Source: Eledone cirrhosa (taxonomy: Eukaryota). From it: a stretch of DNA of 64,000 bases. Both the position numbers and the translations under genes were made by a program. A model generated the notes under the pieces. That model did no database searches, was not told the DNA's origin, and saw only the letters and a list, made by a program, of their open reading frames with translations. Position 1 is the stretch's first letter. Every line of letters starts with the position of its first letter. This document shows positions 38,006-52,300 of this stretch, piece by piece. Where the stretch lies: NCBI GenBank assembly GCA_964016885.1, contig OZ024755.1, positions 38,006,001 through 38,070,000 on the forward strand, read 5' to 3'.

Positions 38006-38430
38006 ACTGTTGTTTGTGTCTTTTGTTTCCATGCCGACATAGGTCATTCTGGTTCTCTTCTCTCTCAGTTCAAATCCAACCGAGGTCAACTTTGCCTTTC
38101 ATCCATTCGAGGTCAATAAAAGAAGATACCAGTTCACTACTGGGGTCAATTCTTCCTCTATATCTCTTCCTCACTTGTTATCCTTCACTCGAATAAATCT
38201 GTTGTATTCATGTCTGGAGAGAGGATAGGCTCTGCCAGGTTTAAAAAAGCCCTATGTCAATGTGGCACTCCTGTGACTCCCTCGGGAGTTACGGGGGTCC
38301 CTACCACAGGCTGGGCAAGACATTTATGAGGTGGACTTCTATGATTCAATGCTCTTCTTCGTGCTACTGTGATCTTTGTACATTGACCCCACTGCCCTAT
38401 GGACATTGGTTTATGTGACAAATATGAAGC

Positions 38431-38463
<33 letters not shown>

Positions 38464-39072
38464 TCAGTTAGACATGTCTCATCATATTTAATTGCTCATT
38501 TATTCATTTTGTATTGCTAACAACATTTAATTAATGTCACAAAAAATTCTATTGAAAAAAAAAAAACGTGTTACCAATGTAACAACAGTCTCTTGTTTAG
38601 AAATGTGAATGACGTTTGTCATCTCTACAAAATACTGTGTGTATCCAATTTAGAATAGGTACACTATATCCTTGCATGCTGTAAGTGGGGACTAAAAGAT
38701 TTGGCAATGGGAAGGGCATCCAGCTGTAAAAAAAATCATTGACTATCTATTTCATAAGTAATAGGGTAATGACAGATTTGAGTTGGATCCACAACAGCAA
38801 GGTATATCAGTGTAAGTCCCCACCTTACGGACATCCTACTTACCAACATCCTACTTACAAACAATCTCACAAAGAAAAAAAAAATTGTCTGCGTTTGAAA
38901 TTCAGGTCTTTTGGGCCCTGGGTTACTTCTTTTGTAGCTAAAAATCAATCTGAAATGGTTGCTATGGTGTGAGATATCATTCTGCTTTCACAGAATTGAA
39001 AAAGTACTTTTTTTTCTTTAACAATTCATTGTCATTAGCTTTACAGTATTTAAATTCATTATTACAAGACAT

Positions 39073-41857
39073 ACATACCTCTATATACTGTATATATATA
39101 TATACCTCTATATACTGTATATATATATATACCTCTATATACTGTATATATATATATATACCTCTATATACTGTATATATATATATATATACCTCTATAT
39201 ACTGTATATATATATATATATACCTCTATATACTGTATATATATATATACCTCTATATACTGTATATATATATATACCTCTATATACTGTATATATATAT
39301 ATATACCTCTATATACTGTATATATATATATATATACCTCTATATACTGTATATATATATATATATACCTCTATATACTGTATATATATATATATATACC
39401 TCTATATACTGTATATATATATATATATACCTCTATATACTGTATATATATATATATACCTCTATATACTGTATATATATATATATATACCTCTATATAC
39501 TGTATATATATATATATACCTCTATATACTGTATATATATATATATACCTCTATATACTGTATATATATATATATACCTCTATATACTGTATATATATAT
39601 ATATACCTCTATATACTGTATATATATATATACCTCTATATACTGTATATATATATATACCTCTATATACTGTATATATATATATATATACCTCTATATA
39701 CTGTATATATATATATATACCTCTATATACTGTATATATATATATACCTCTATATACTGTATATATATATATATACCTCTATATACTGTATATATATATA
39801 TATACCTCTATATACTGTATATATATATATATACCTCTATATACTGTATATATATATATACCTCTATATACTGTATATATATATATACCTCTATATACTG
39901 TATATATATACCTCTATATACTGTATATATATATATATACCTCTATATACTGTATATATATATATATACCTCTATATACTGTATATATATATATATACCT
40001 CTATATACTGTATATATATATATATACCTCTATATACTGTATATATATATATATACCTCTATATACTGTATATATATATATATATACCTCTATATACTGT
40101 ATATATATATATATACCTCTGTATACTGTATATATATATATATACCTCTATATACTGTATATATATATATATATACCTCTATATACTGTATATATATATA
40201 TATACCTCTGTATACTGTATATATATATATATATATACCTCTATATACTGTATATATATATATATACCTCTATATACTGTATATATATATATATACCTCT
40301 ATATACTGTATATATATATATATACCTCTATATACTGTATATATATATATATATACCTCTATATACTGTATATATATATATATATACCTCTATATACTGT
40401 ATATATATATATATACCTCTATATACTGTATATATATGTATATACCTCTATATACTGTATATATATGTATATACCTCTATATACTGTATATATATGTATA
40501 TACCTCTATATACTGCATATATATGTATATACCTCTATATACTGTATATATATATACCTCTATATACTGTATATATATATATATACCTCTATATACTGTA
40601 TATATATATATATATACCTCTGTATACTGTATATATATATATATATATACCTCTATATACTGTATATATATATATATACCTCTATATACTGTATATATAT
40701 ATATATACCTCTATATACTGTATATATATATATATACCTCTATATACTGTATATATATATATATACCTCTATATACTGTATATATATATATATACCTCTA
40801 TATACTGTATATATATATATATACCTCTATATACTGTATATATATATATATACCTCTATATACTGTATATATATATATATACCTCTATATACTGTATATA
40901 TATGTATATACCTCTATATACTGCATATATATGTATATACCTCTATATACTGTATATATATATACCTCTATATACTGTATATATATATATATACCTCTAT
41001 ATACTGTATATATATATATATATATATACTTCTATATACTGTATATATATATATATATATACCTCTATATACTGTATATATATATATATATACCTCTATA
41101 TACTGTATATATATATATATACCTCTATATACTGTATATATATATATATATACCTCTATATACTGTATATATATATATATATATACCTCTATATACTGTA
41201 TATATATATATATACCTCTATATACTGTATATATATATATATACCTCTATATACTGTATATATATATATATATACCTCTATATACTGTATATATATATAT
41301 ATATACCTCTATATACTGTATATATATATATATATACCTCTATATACTGTATATATATATATATACCTCTATATACTGTATATATATGTATATACCTCTA
41401 TATACTGTATATATATATATATACCTCTATATACTGTATATATATGTATATACCTCTATATACTGTATATATATGTATATAACTCTATATACTGTATATA
41501 TATACCTCTATATACTGTATATATATATATATACCTCTATATACTGTATATATATATATATACCTCTATATACTGTATATATATATATATACCTCTATAT
41601 ACTGTATATATATATATATATATACCTCTATATACTGTATATATATATATATATATACCTCTATATACTGTATATATATATATATATATACCTCTATATA
41701 CTGTATATATATATATATATATACCTCTATATACTGTATATATATATATATACCTCTATATACTGTATATATATATATATACCTCTATATACTGTATATA
41801 TATATATATACCTCTATATACTGTATATATATATATATACCTCTATATACTATATAT
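39073..41857. repeat. 2.8-kb compound satellite [CCTCTATATACTG(TA)n]
   Basis: Fixed core with variable TA run; a short relative lies at about 42430-42505. Confidence 0.97.
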
Positions 41858-44629
41858 ATCGACAGTCGATTGACTTTCGTCAAATCGGACGGAGGAAACA
41901 ATGTTTCCATTGGTCTTTCCAATTGCTAATACTATCTATCGGTCGCAACTCCAGGTAGAAGGAGCAACGTGAAATAAAGTGCCTTGCCCAAGAAGACACC
42001 GCATCGCCCGGTTCGGGAATCGAACTCACAACCTCACGATTGCGAATCCAGTTCTCTAACAACTCAGCCACGCGCCTTCACTTGGTTTTGTCTTTGCGTG
42101 CAATTGTTTTTCACTGCTCCAAATAATGACATATTATATTCGTTTTTCCCGTTCTTTGCCAGGGAACGTTTCCATGAACCAAAGTATCGTCTTCCTGTCT
42201 TCCTCCGGTTGCAACGTTTTTTGAAATATCCACTTCTGCGTTTACAGATTGACTTTGTTAGTTTCAGAAGATCCTGTTAAGGGTGAAAGCAGTGATTCTT
42301 TGCTTAAACTTTAATCTGTTATTTTAATAAATATTTGCTCTACGGTTCTTATATATTTGATATATATTTATCCTTATCGAGCCCTCTTTGGATTTTAGTC
42401 TTCAAATTTATTATTATTACTATATATATATATATACTTCTATATACTGTGTATATATACATCTATATACTGTATATATATATACATCTATATACTGTAT
42501 ATATATCACTCATATGGACACCTGCTGTATGAGTGTAACATATATGGGCTTACTGCTATGTACTGTGTCAGACAATCAACTTATGAACAAATCAACTAAT
42601 GAACAGTCTTTAGTGAATTGGTCAACAATAAGGTCAACAAACTCGCTCGTGAGTGAACTGTCCGAGAGGCGGTCGCCAAATAAGCTAAGATGTCTCTTTT
42701 CTCTCTCCTTTATAATCCTTAGACCGGAAGTTCAAGGAATCTTCTAGAATTCAACGGGAAGTAACTCCAATTAGTTTTTTCTCCCCGGCAAGGTGGCGCT
42801 AGTCGCTACAGGTCTCTTGGAACGCAACTAGTCCTGATGAAAATGAACCGGAAAATTTTTAATCAAAAAGGAAAGAACAATAGGGAAAGATAGAAGAGCC
42901 CCCAAACAAGGGCAGATAATCTAAATGGCCTAAGGGAAACAGTTTGACTGAAAAACACAAACAAATGCTTAATTAGCTAATTTATATGAGAGGGTTAGAA
43001 AAAGATTGATAAGTTAAGAAAGACTTTTTGGGGAACACATAAATCAATATTAAGGATGCCAGGTCTTTAAAAGGTACTTAGAAATGTGAGAACACTGGGG
43101 GAAGAACTCTGTGCATGTGTTAAGTGGTTTGTTATTATTGTGGAGATTATTCAATATCACCAACCACTTTACAGAATTTACTGGGTGAGTTTATTGTTTA
43201 GATCAGCAAAACTAGGGAGGTTGTCATGTCCATGGCACAACTGAAAATAACAATAATAATAATAAACGCTTGTTTTCAGCTGGATGAAAGTAAAGCACTG
43301 AATTCATTTAGTGATAGTGACATGAATCACAGCTTAAAATACTGCGAGACTAAATGTATGTTTATTATACATAAACATGCTGTATGTGGGTTCATATATG
43401 CTTTTATACTAAATTCAATGTTTAATTTAACCCAACACACACATTTCTTCAGCACCATAATTACTAAATCACTGCATTTTAAAAATTATCAGTTTATGTA
43501 TTTCACCTTATTTCTGACAAATTCACTCAAATTTTGAAGTTCAGAAAATATTAAAAATATGTTTTAAATAAAATAATTATATTTTGAGAAAATTTTTCAA
43601 AAGAATTTCTTTTCTAATTTATAGTGGTTAGTGTTAGGAAAGGTATCCAGCTGTATAAGTTGTGCTGTAAAATGGAATGTATGAACAAGACGTGATTCCC
43701 ACGGGCCTGTCATGTCTCAGGCTATGACAACCCATGCAAGCATGGAAAGCAGACATATAATAATGATGATGATATAAAATTCAATATTGCCACCGAAAAC
43801 ATATTAAGGCCATTTGTTTCTATTGAAGAAGGGGTTAGCCTAGTGGACTTCATTCATGAAAAGCTTTATGCTCATCATGGAATTCTTTCTGAAGCAATGT
43901 TCTACAGCTGGATGCCCTTCCTAGTGCCAATTCTCTTAGTTGCCTCTTATGATATGCAGGGATACCGTGTATTTATTCTAAACCAGATACAGCAAAGATT
44001 TAGTAGAAGCTATCCATGTTAACACTGTGTATTATATATGCACTGTTTTTTAACATAGCAAGGTGTCTCACCTGGACACCATCTTTACAAGAAATAAACT
44101 CTATGAACATTAATAATGATTTTTAATTTTGGCACAAGCCCAGCAAATTTCAGGGAAAGGAAAGTTGATTATATTGGCTCCTAGTTCTTTATTCTATGAA
44201 CATCGGAATGATAGAAGACAAAGATGACCTTGGTACTATATGAACTCAGAACATAAAGAACCAAACATATGTCTGATACTGTAACAACTCTGTCAATTCG
44301 CTGCCCGATGAGTCTAATAGTTGTTTCTAATTTAGGTACAAAGCCAACAATGTGTAGGGAAGAGAAAGTTGATTACAGCAACCCCAGTTTGTGGCTGGTA
44401 CTTTGTTTTATCAATCCCATAAGGATGAAAGGCGAAGTTGACTTTGACAGGATTTGATCTCATAAATTGTCGATGGAAGCCATGGAGTGGAGAGACCCAA
44501 GAAGACCTGGGCTGAGGTGATAAAAACTGACCTTGCCCAATTGCACCTCTCAAAGGCGATGACACAGGACCGTGACCTCTGGCGTCACGCAGTAATACAG
44601 AAGACCGAACTTGGTCCTATCTGTCAACT

Positions 44630-45397
44630 TAGGTTCCTTGGTCCTATCTGTCACCTTAGGTTCCTTGGTCCCATCTAACAATCACCTTAGGTTCCTTGGT
44701 CCCATCTAACAATCACCTTAGGTTCCTTGGTCCCATCTAACAATCACCTTAGATTCCTTGGTCTCATCTGACAATCACCTTAGGTTCCTTGGTCCCATTT
44801 GACAATCACCTTAGATTCCTTGGTCCCATCTGACAATCACCTTAGATTCCTTGGTCCCATCTGACAATCACCTTAGGTTCCTTGGTCCCATCTAACAATC
44901 ACCTTAGGTTCCTTGGTCCCATCTGACAATCACCTTAGGTTCCTTGGTCCCATCTGACAATCACCTTAGGTTCCTTGGTCCCATCTGACAATCACCTTAG
45001 GTTCCTTGGTCCCATCTGACAATCACCTTAGGTTCCTTGGTCCCATCTAATAATCACCTTAGGTTCCTAGGTCCCATCTGACAATCACCTTAGGTTCCTT
45101 GGTCCCATCTGACAATCACCTTAGGTTCCTTGGTCCCATCTAATAATCACCTTAGGTTCCTAGGTCCCATCTGACAATCACCTTAGGTTCCTTGGTCCCA
45201 TCTGACAATCACCTTAGGTTCCTTGGTCCCATCTGACAATCACCTTAGGTTCCTTGGTCCCATCTAACAATCACCTTAGGTTCCTTGGTCCCATCTAACA
45301 ATCACCTTAGGTTCCTTGGTCCCATCTAACAATCACCTTAGGTTCCTTGGTCCCATCTGACAATCACCTTAGGCTCCTTGGTCCCATCTGACAACCA
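44630..45397. repeat. 31-bp minisatellite (AATCACCTTAGGTTCCTTGGTCCCATCTRAC), about 24 copies
   Basis: Direct periodicity. Confidence 0.97.
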
Positions 45398-46869
45398 ACT
45401 TTACATTGAGTAAATTATTTTCATTTTTTTCTAAAACCTTTTCTTCGTTACATAAAGTAAAAGAAAGGTAAATTATTAGTAATATATTATTATATTTGCT
45501 TTGTAGCCATTGTTGTCATCAACTGCCTCATTTGGATGCTGTTTTTATCTGCTGTTTGCTTAGCTTGGTGACATGGAAGCTTCTTTTATATTTCCACTGT
45601 TGCTTTTTGATTTGATCATTGTTTTTGTTGGCATATTTTTGGTCATGTATATAATGTGTTCTTGTTCCTTTTTCTGTTTATGTTAAATATGTCTGTTAGA
45701 TATGTCTACTGATGTTGTTGTTGTTATTGCTGATGTTATTGTCCTAATTATTTTTCACTGTTTTTTGAAATTTTATTTTAATTTCAAAGCAGATTATTGC
45801 TTGTATCAAGTTCAATACACTGAGCTTAAAATATATATATGTATAGTGTGTGTATAAAATAGCTGAGATGAGAATCTTATAGATGACCCATGCTAGCGTG
45901 GAAGATGGACGTTAAACGAAGATGATGATGATGAACTATTTCACATAGTTCGTAAGTTCAAATCTTCTACAGATGTTTTGTTGCATCGTAGTGCAGAAAA
46001 CATATTTTGCATTCCATCAATTCATCAAGCTGTTGGTGAAAAAATTAATATGGTTGGTTACCCATTGATGGACACTTTTTACCTTAAGACATCACACTTT
46101 TGTTAATGTTTATTCTTACCTATGTTGAAAACTCCAGCAAACTTCTGGTATGAATTGCTGCAAGGCATTATTAGGTTCCACTGAGATGCAGGGGAAGCAA
46201 CTTTATTGAGATTAGCCATCATTTGCAAGGGAGTTAAGTCTCTGATTTCTTTCACTGGTCAACTTTTCCAAGTTAGTCGATTGAAACAGATCCAGGATAA
46301 ATACTTGTCTGTGATAACAATTAGACACCACCTTGTATTTCCTGGCCATGTATACACCGAGTTGCTTCAGAATGTGCAGTTTCTCAGAGAAGCACAGCTC
46401 GCAGTTATGCACTAGAATACAGAGGGGCTCTGTTGACAATGGTCCAAACAGTCATGCCCATGGTCTCTAAGCTTCCAAATGTAATGGGAGTGGGAAGTAG
46501 AATTTATCCTATCTTTGGACCTAAATGAGTGTAAATGTGGATAAGTTCTTTGCTGCTACTGGCCAAAATAACCCCTAAATCTCAGTAGCACCTTACATTC
46601 TAATACCATTCTTTTCTTTAGTTTGTGCACACCAACTCACACATGTCTATGTATGTGCAAGTATATATATATATATATATATAATGTATGATGATATATA
46701 TATGTATGTGTGCATCCATGTATGTATATATGTGTGTATATGTGCATCTATGTATGTATATATGTATATATATATACACACACATATATCGGTCATATTT
46801 TTTGGCGTATATTCCATCTCTAATTGAAGAGTTATATATTTTTTAAATTGCTGTTGTTATATTTTCTAG

Positions 46870-47063
46870 CTGGAGAAATTCCTAAAGGTGCTATGTATTT
46901 AGGTACAAAAGAAACAATTGAAGATGGTTTAAAACACACTGACACATACTATGGTGTTCCCACTGAAGAAAAAACCTTAACAACCAAAGTTATTGAAGAG
47001 AAGAAGAAATATGAGGGCATCGGCCCTCTAGACACTCAGGGAATTCCATTAGCTTTTCGAATG
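46870..47063 (+). CDS. SORBS: Coding exon with the first half of the SoHo domain (194 nt, phase 1-0): (A)GEIPKGAMYLG...KKKYEGIGPLDTQGIPLAFRM
   Basis: Acceptor ttatattttctAG and donor ATG|GTAAGT. YEGIGPLDxxGIPxxxR matches the SoHo motif of SORBS/CAP proteins (GIGPVDESGIPxAIR). Family-level call only. Confidence 0.92.
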
Positions 47064-48254
47064 GTAAGTTAGAAAAAAGAAAACAAGATAAAAATACATG
47101 CTGGGTCTTCACTGTTCTCTCACTCCAACCATTTCACCTTTCTTTTATCAGCATCACCATCATCATTAGACATCCGTTTTCATGTTGTATGGGTTGGACT
47201 TGGTATGAGAGTAGTTGTGTCAGAGACTCTCTCTCTTCATGTTTACACTTTCTCTATTTGGTATGGTTTCTACAGAATGGATGCTCTTCCTAATATCAAT
47301 ACCTTAATATTGATCCTTAGGAATAGTTGACCCTTTTATGACTATCATCACCATCATCATTATATGTTCACTGTTCCACACTTGCATGGGTTGGACGGGT
47401 CTTTCTCAGCATAGCCTCTCTCCGCTTTTTGTGTTCCTTTGTCATCTCCTCCATGAGCTTTAGCAATCTGAGATCAGCTCTCACCACTTCCATCCAGGTC
47501 TTCCTTGGTCTTCCTCTACTGTGACTTCCTTCCACTGGGAATACTTAGCACTTATTCACCCAGCAATTATCATCCATGTGCATCAAATGCCCATACCAAC
47601 GCAGTCTCCTCTACTGCACACTATGACTATATTTCAGATAAAACATACTCTTTCATGGATTTCAATTATTAGACTGTGGTCGTGCTGGAGCATCCAAGAG
47701 TTGGGTGGTAGCAGTGGGATTTGAACTCACAGTACAAAGAACCTGAAAAAAGCACCTCGTCTGGTATTCTGACAGTTCTACCAGCCGTCAGCCTTGAACT
47801 ATGTTACTATTTTACAACCAGGCTTGTCAGCCTCCATATAAATGATAGATATTAATTGTTTCTACTTTTTGGCACAAGGTCACCAATTACCCAGTGTATT
47901 ACTGGTACTTTATTTTATCGACCCCGTATGGATGAAAGGCAAAGTTAACCTCAGCGGGATTTGAACTCAGAATGGCAAGGGCCGTAACTCAATGCGTCAA
48001 AGCATGGCGTCCGTCCCTCTACCGATACTGCCAATCCCCCGCCTTAATAATAGATATTAATGAAGTATACATGTGATATGGTTATATCATGGTATATATT
48101 GACTATAGATTACTGTACAGGCTGAAGAGGAATATAATGACATCTGTTGAATGTCTATGTTAACTTGTATTAAACATTTCATTAACATATTTCTAATGAA
48201 AGAAATTGACTAGTATTTTCAAATAATTTTGAAAATACCTAAGAATTTGAGGGG

Positions 48255-48643
48255 ACTGCAAGAAGTCCAGACGGCATGACAATCTTCCACGCCGTTGGGG
48301 TAGGCCCCTCATCTGGGATGCCACATGTTGCGATACCTACTCTAGTGGCAGCCTTGTGCATTTGGCTATCAGCCTAGCCTCTGCTGGTCGCCATGATGAA
48401 GAGGACAAGCTGTCCAAATATTGGCCACTCTCTGATAGATTTGTGGTAGAATATGTGGTAGTGGAGACTTCTGGCGTTCTTGGCTCCCGGCCCGCAACCC
48501 TATTCACTGCTATCGGAGTGGAGTTGATCACTTGCATGTGTGGGCCCCGCAAGGTGGAGGGGCTGTTCCAGCATGTCTCCCTTGCCGTCCTCCAGGGCAA
48601 TGTATTCTCCATCCTGTCGACCAGGAGGTGGAGGCTAAGTTAG
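48255..48643 (+). pseudogene. CRE-clade-like non-LTR retrotransposon 3' fragment (restriction-like endonuclease domain)
   Basis: PDGMTI...PLIWDATCCDT...EEDKLSKY..L...VVVETSGVLG...LFQHVSLAVLQGNVFSIL resembles the CRE RLE pattern PDG...WDAT..DT...K..KY...ETLG...QRIS.A.QRGN. Confidence 0.75.
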
Positions 48644-49196
48644 TTGGAGGTGGAGGATACTCGTTCGGACGTCACTTCTCTCTATTTCTTTAAAAATCTC
48701 TTCACAAAAGATAAGCTCTTAAATACTGAGTTTAAAACCTGTATTTACAAATATAATCTAATTTCTCATTATGAAGCTGAGGTTTGGAACATAAAATCCT
48801 GGTCATATTTCTAATGAAATACACTTTACAATGTTTTGGTTGATTTATTAACATTATTAATTGTTTCAGGGTAGTGGATTGGCAGTATCGGTAAAGGGTC
48901 TGATGCCATGCTTTGCAGCATAGAGTTATGGCCTTTTATGGTCTGAGTTCAAATTCCGCCGAGGTTAACTTTGCCTTTCATCCTTCGGGGTCGATAAAAT
49001 AAAGCACCGGTAATGCACTGGGGGTAATTGCTGGCCTTGTGCCAAAAGTAAAAACAATTATTAATTGTTTCATTACTAAGATACTAACTTAACTTATGGT
49101 TTTTGGTGTGTCAGTTAGGGGGGGGGGGTGTCAGTTAGTGCAATTTGTCATAGTTGACTCTAATATTTTTAAATGTTTTTTTTTTTTTTATTCCAG

Positions 49197-49272
49197 AACA
49201 TTGATGAAGAGAATCAACATGACTGGTACAAACAGATGTATAAGACCCTCCATAGAGGAGAGAAACGTGATG
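49197..49272 (+). CDS. SORBS: Coding exon with the second half of the SoHo domain (76 nt, phase 0-1): NIDEENQHDWYKQMYKTLHRGEKRD
   Basis: Poly-T acceptor ttattccAG and donor GATG|GTCAGT. DWYKQMYKTLH matches the SoHo core DWYKTMFKQIH and is in frame with the previous exon. Confidence 0.92.
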
Positions 49273-49347
49273 GTCAGTGGAAAAGTTATTTTATATATTT
49301 TATATTTTATTTTATTTTGATGAAATATCACATTGAGTTTAAAACAT

Positions 49348-52300
49348 AAAAAGAGGTTTTTCAAACTAAAACTGTTACAGTTTAACAAATAGAAAGAGGT
49401 TTTTCAAACTAAAAGTGTTACAGTTTAACAAATAGAAAGAGGTTTTTCAAACTAAAACTGTTACAGTTTAACAAATAGAAAAGGTTTTTCAAACTAAAAG
49501 TGTTACAGTTTAACAAATAGAAAGAGGTTTTTCAAACTAAAACTATTACAGTTTAACAAATAGAAAGTGGTTTTTCAAACTAAAACTGTTACAGTTTAAC
49601 AAATAGAAACAGGTTTTTCAAACTAAAAGTGTTACAGTTTAACAAATAGAAAGAGGTTTTTCAAACTAAAACTGTTACAGTTTAACACATAGTAAGAGGT
49701 TTTTCAAACTAAAACTGTTCCAATTTAACAAATAGAAAGGTTTTTCAAACTAAAACTGTTACAGTTTAACAAATAGAAAGAGGTTTTTCAAAGTAAAACT
49801 GTTCCAATTTAACAAATAGAAAGAGGTTTTTCAAACTAAAAGTGTTACAGTTTAACAAATAGAAAGAGGTTTTTCAAACTAAAACTGTTACAGTTTAACA
49901 CATAGTAAGAGGTTTTTCAAACTAAAACTGTTCCAATTTAACAAATAGAAAGGTTTTTCAAACTAAAACTGTTACAGTTTAACAAATAGAAAGAGGTTTT
50001 TCAAAGTAAAACTGTTCCAATTTAACAAATAGAAAGAGGTTTTTCAAACTAAAACTGTTACAGTTTAACAAATAGAAAGAGGTTTTTCAAACTAAAACTG
50101 TTCTAATTTAACAAATAGAAAGAGGTTTTTCAAACTAAAACTGTTACAGTTTAACAAATAGAAAAGGTTTTTCAAACTAAAACTGTTCCAATTTAACAAA
50201 TAGAAAGAGGTTTTTCAAACTAAAACTGTTCTAATTTAACAAATAGAAAGAGGTTTTTCAAACTAAAACTGTTACAGTTTAACAAATAGAAAAGGTTTTT
50301 CAAACTAAAAGTGTTACAGTTTAACAAATAGAAAGAGGTTTTTCAAACTAAAACTATTACAGTTTAACAAATAGAAAGAGGTTTTTCAAACTAAAACTGT
50401 TACAGTTTAACAAATAGAAAGAGGTTTTTCAAACTAAAACTATTACAGTTTAACAAATAGAAAGAGGTTTTTCAAACTAAAACTGTTACAGTTTAACAAA
50501 TAGAAAGAGGTTTTTCAAACTAAAACTGTTCCAATTTAACAAATAGAAAGAGGTTTTTCAAACTAAAACTATTACAGTTTAACAAATAGAAAGAGGTTTT
50601 TCAAACTAAAACTGTTACAATTTAACAAATAGAAAGAGGTTTTTCAAACTAAAACTGTTACAGTTTAACAAATAGAAAGAGGTTTTTCAAACTAAAACTG
50701 TTACAGTTTAACAAATAGAAAGAGGTTTTTCAAACTAAAACTATTACAGTTTAACAAATAGAAAGAGGTTTTTCAAACTAAAACTGTTGCAGTTTAACAA
50801 ATAGAAAGAGGTTTTTCAAACTAAAACTGTTTCAATTTAACAAATAGAAAGAGGTTTTTCAAACTAAAACTGTTACAGTTTAACAAATAGAAAGAGGTTT
50901 TTCAAACTAAAACTGTTCCAATTTAACAAATAGAAAGAGGTTTTTCAAACTAAAACTGTTACAGTTTAACAAATAGAAAGAGGTTTTTCAAACTAAAACT
51001 GTTACAGTTTAACAAATAGAAAGAGGTTTTTCAAACTAAAACTGTTACAGTTTAACAAATAGAAAGAGGTTTTTCAAACTAAAACTGTTGCAGTTTATTA
51101 ACAAATAGAAAGAGGTTTTTCAAACTAAAACTGTTGCAGTTTAACAAATAGAAAGAGGTTTTTCAAACTAAAACTGTTACAGTTTAACAAATAGAAAGAG
51201 GTTTTTCAAACTTAAACTGTTACAATTTAACAAATAGAAAGAGGTTTTTCAAACTAAAAGTGTTACAGTTTAACAAATAGAAAGAGGTTTTTCAAACTAA
51301 AACTATTACAGTTTAACAAATAGAAAGAGGTTTTTCAAACTAAAAGTGTTACAGTTTAACAAATAGAAAGAGGTTTTTCAAGCTAAAACTATTACAGTTT
51401 AACAAATAGAAAGAGGTTTTTCAAACTAAAAGTGTTACAGTTTAACAAATAGAAAGAGGTTTTTCAAACTAAAAGTGTTACAGTTTAACAAATAGAAAGA
51501 GGTTTTTCAAACTAAAACTGTTACAGTTTAACAAATAGAAAGAGGTTTTTCAAACTAAAACTATTACAGTTTAACAAATAGAAAGAGGTTTTTCAAACTA
51601 AAACTGTTACAGTTTAACAAATAGAAAAGGTTTTTCAAACTAAAAGTGTTACAGTTTAACAAATAGAAAGAGGTTTTTCAAACTAAAACTATTACAGTTT
51701 AACAAATAGAAAGAGGTTTTTCAAACTAAAACTGTTACAGTTTAACAAATAGAAAGAGGTTTTTCAAACTAAAACTATTACAGTTTAACAAATAGAAAGA
51801 GGTTTTTCAAACTAAAACTGTTACAGTTTAACAAATAGAAAGAGGTTTTTCAAACTAAAACTGTTCCAATTTAACAAATAGAAAGAGGTTTTTCAAACTA
51901 AAACTATTACAGTTTAACAAATAGAAAGAGGTTTTTCAAACTAAAACTGTTACAGTTTAACAAATAGAAAGAGATTTTTCAAACTAAAACTGTTACAATT
52001 TAACAAATAGAAAGAGGTTTTTCAAACTAAAACTGTTACAGTTTAACAAATAGAAAGAGGTTTTTCAAACTAAAACTATTACAGTTTAACAAATAGAAAG
52101 ATGTTTTTCAAACTAAAACTGTTCCAATTTAACAAATAAAAAGAGGTTTTTCAAACTAAAACTATTACAGTTTAACAAATAGAAAGAGGTTTTTCAAACA
52201 AAAACTGTTACAGTTTAACAAATAGAAAGAGGTTTTTCAAACTAAAACTGTTACAATTTAACAAATAGAAAGAGGTTTTTCAAACTAAAACTGTTACAGT

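Noticed and set aside
37760-38089. Asp/Gly-rich ORF resembling an acidic biomineral protein
   Set aside because: Degenerate trinucleotide repeat whose start lies inside a SINE; no splice support.
38969-41958. 837, 497 and 459-aa Y/I-rich ORFs, and all other YI, CV and HT ORFs
   Set aside because: TA and CA microsatellites lack stop codons in these frames.
42834-42860. CTGATGA...GAAA at 42834, and similar hits at about 4793, 13478, 34960 and 48122
   Set aside because: No pairable stem I or stem II; these are expected chance matches in AT-rich DNA.
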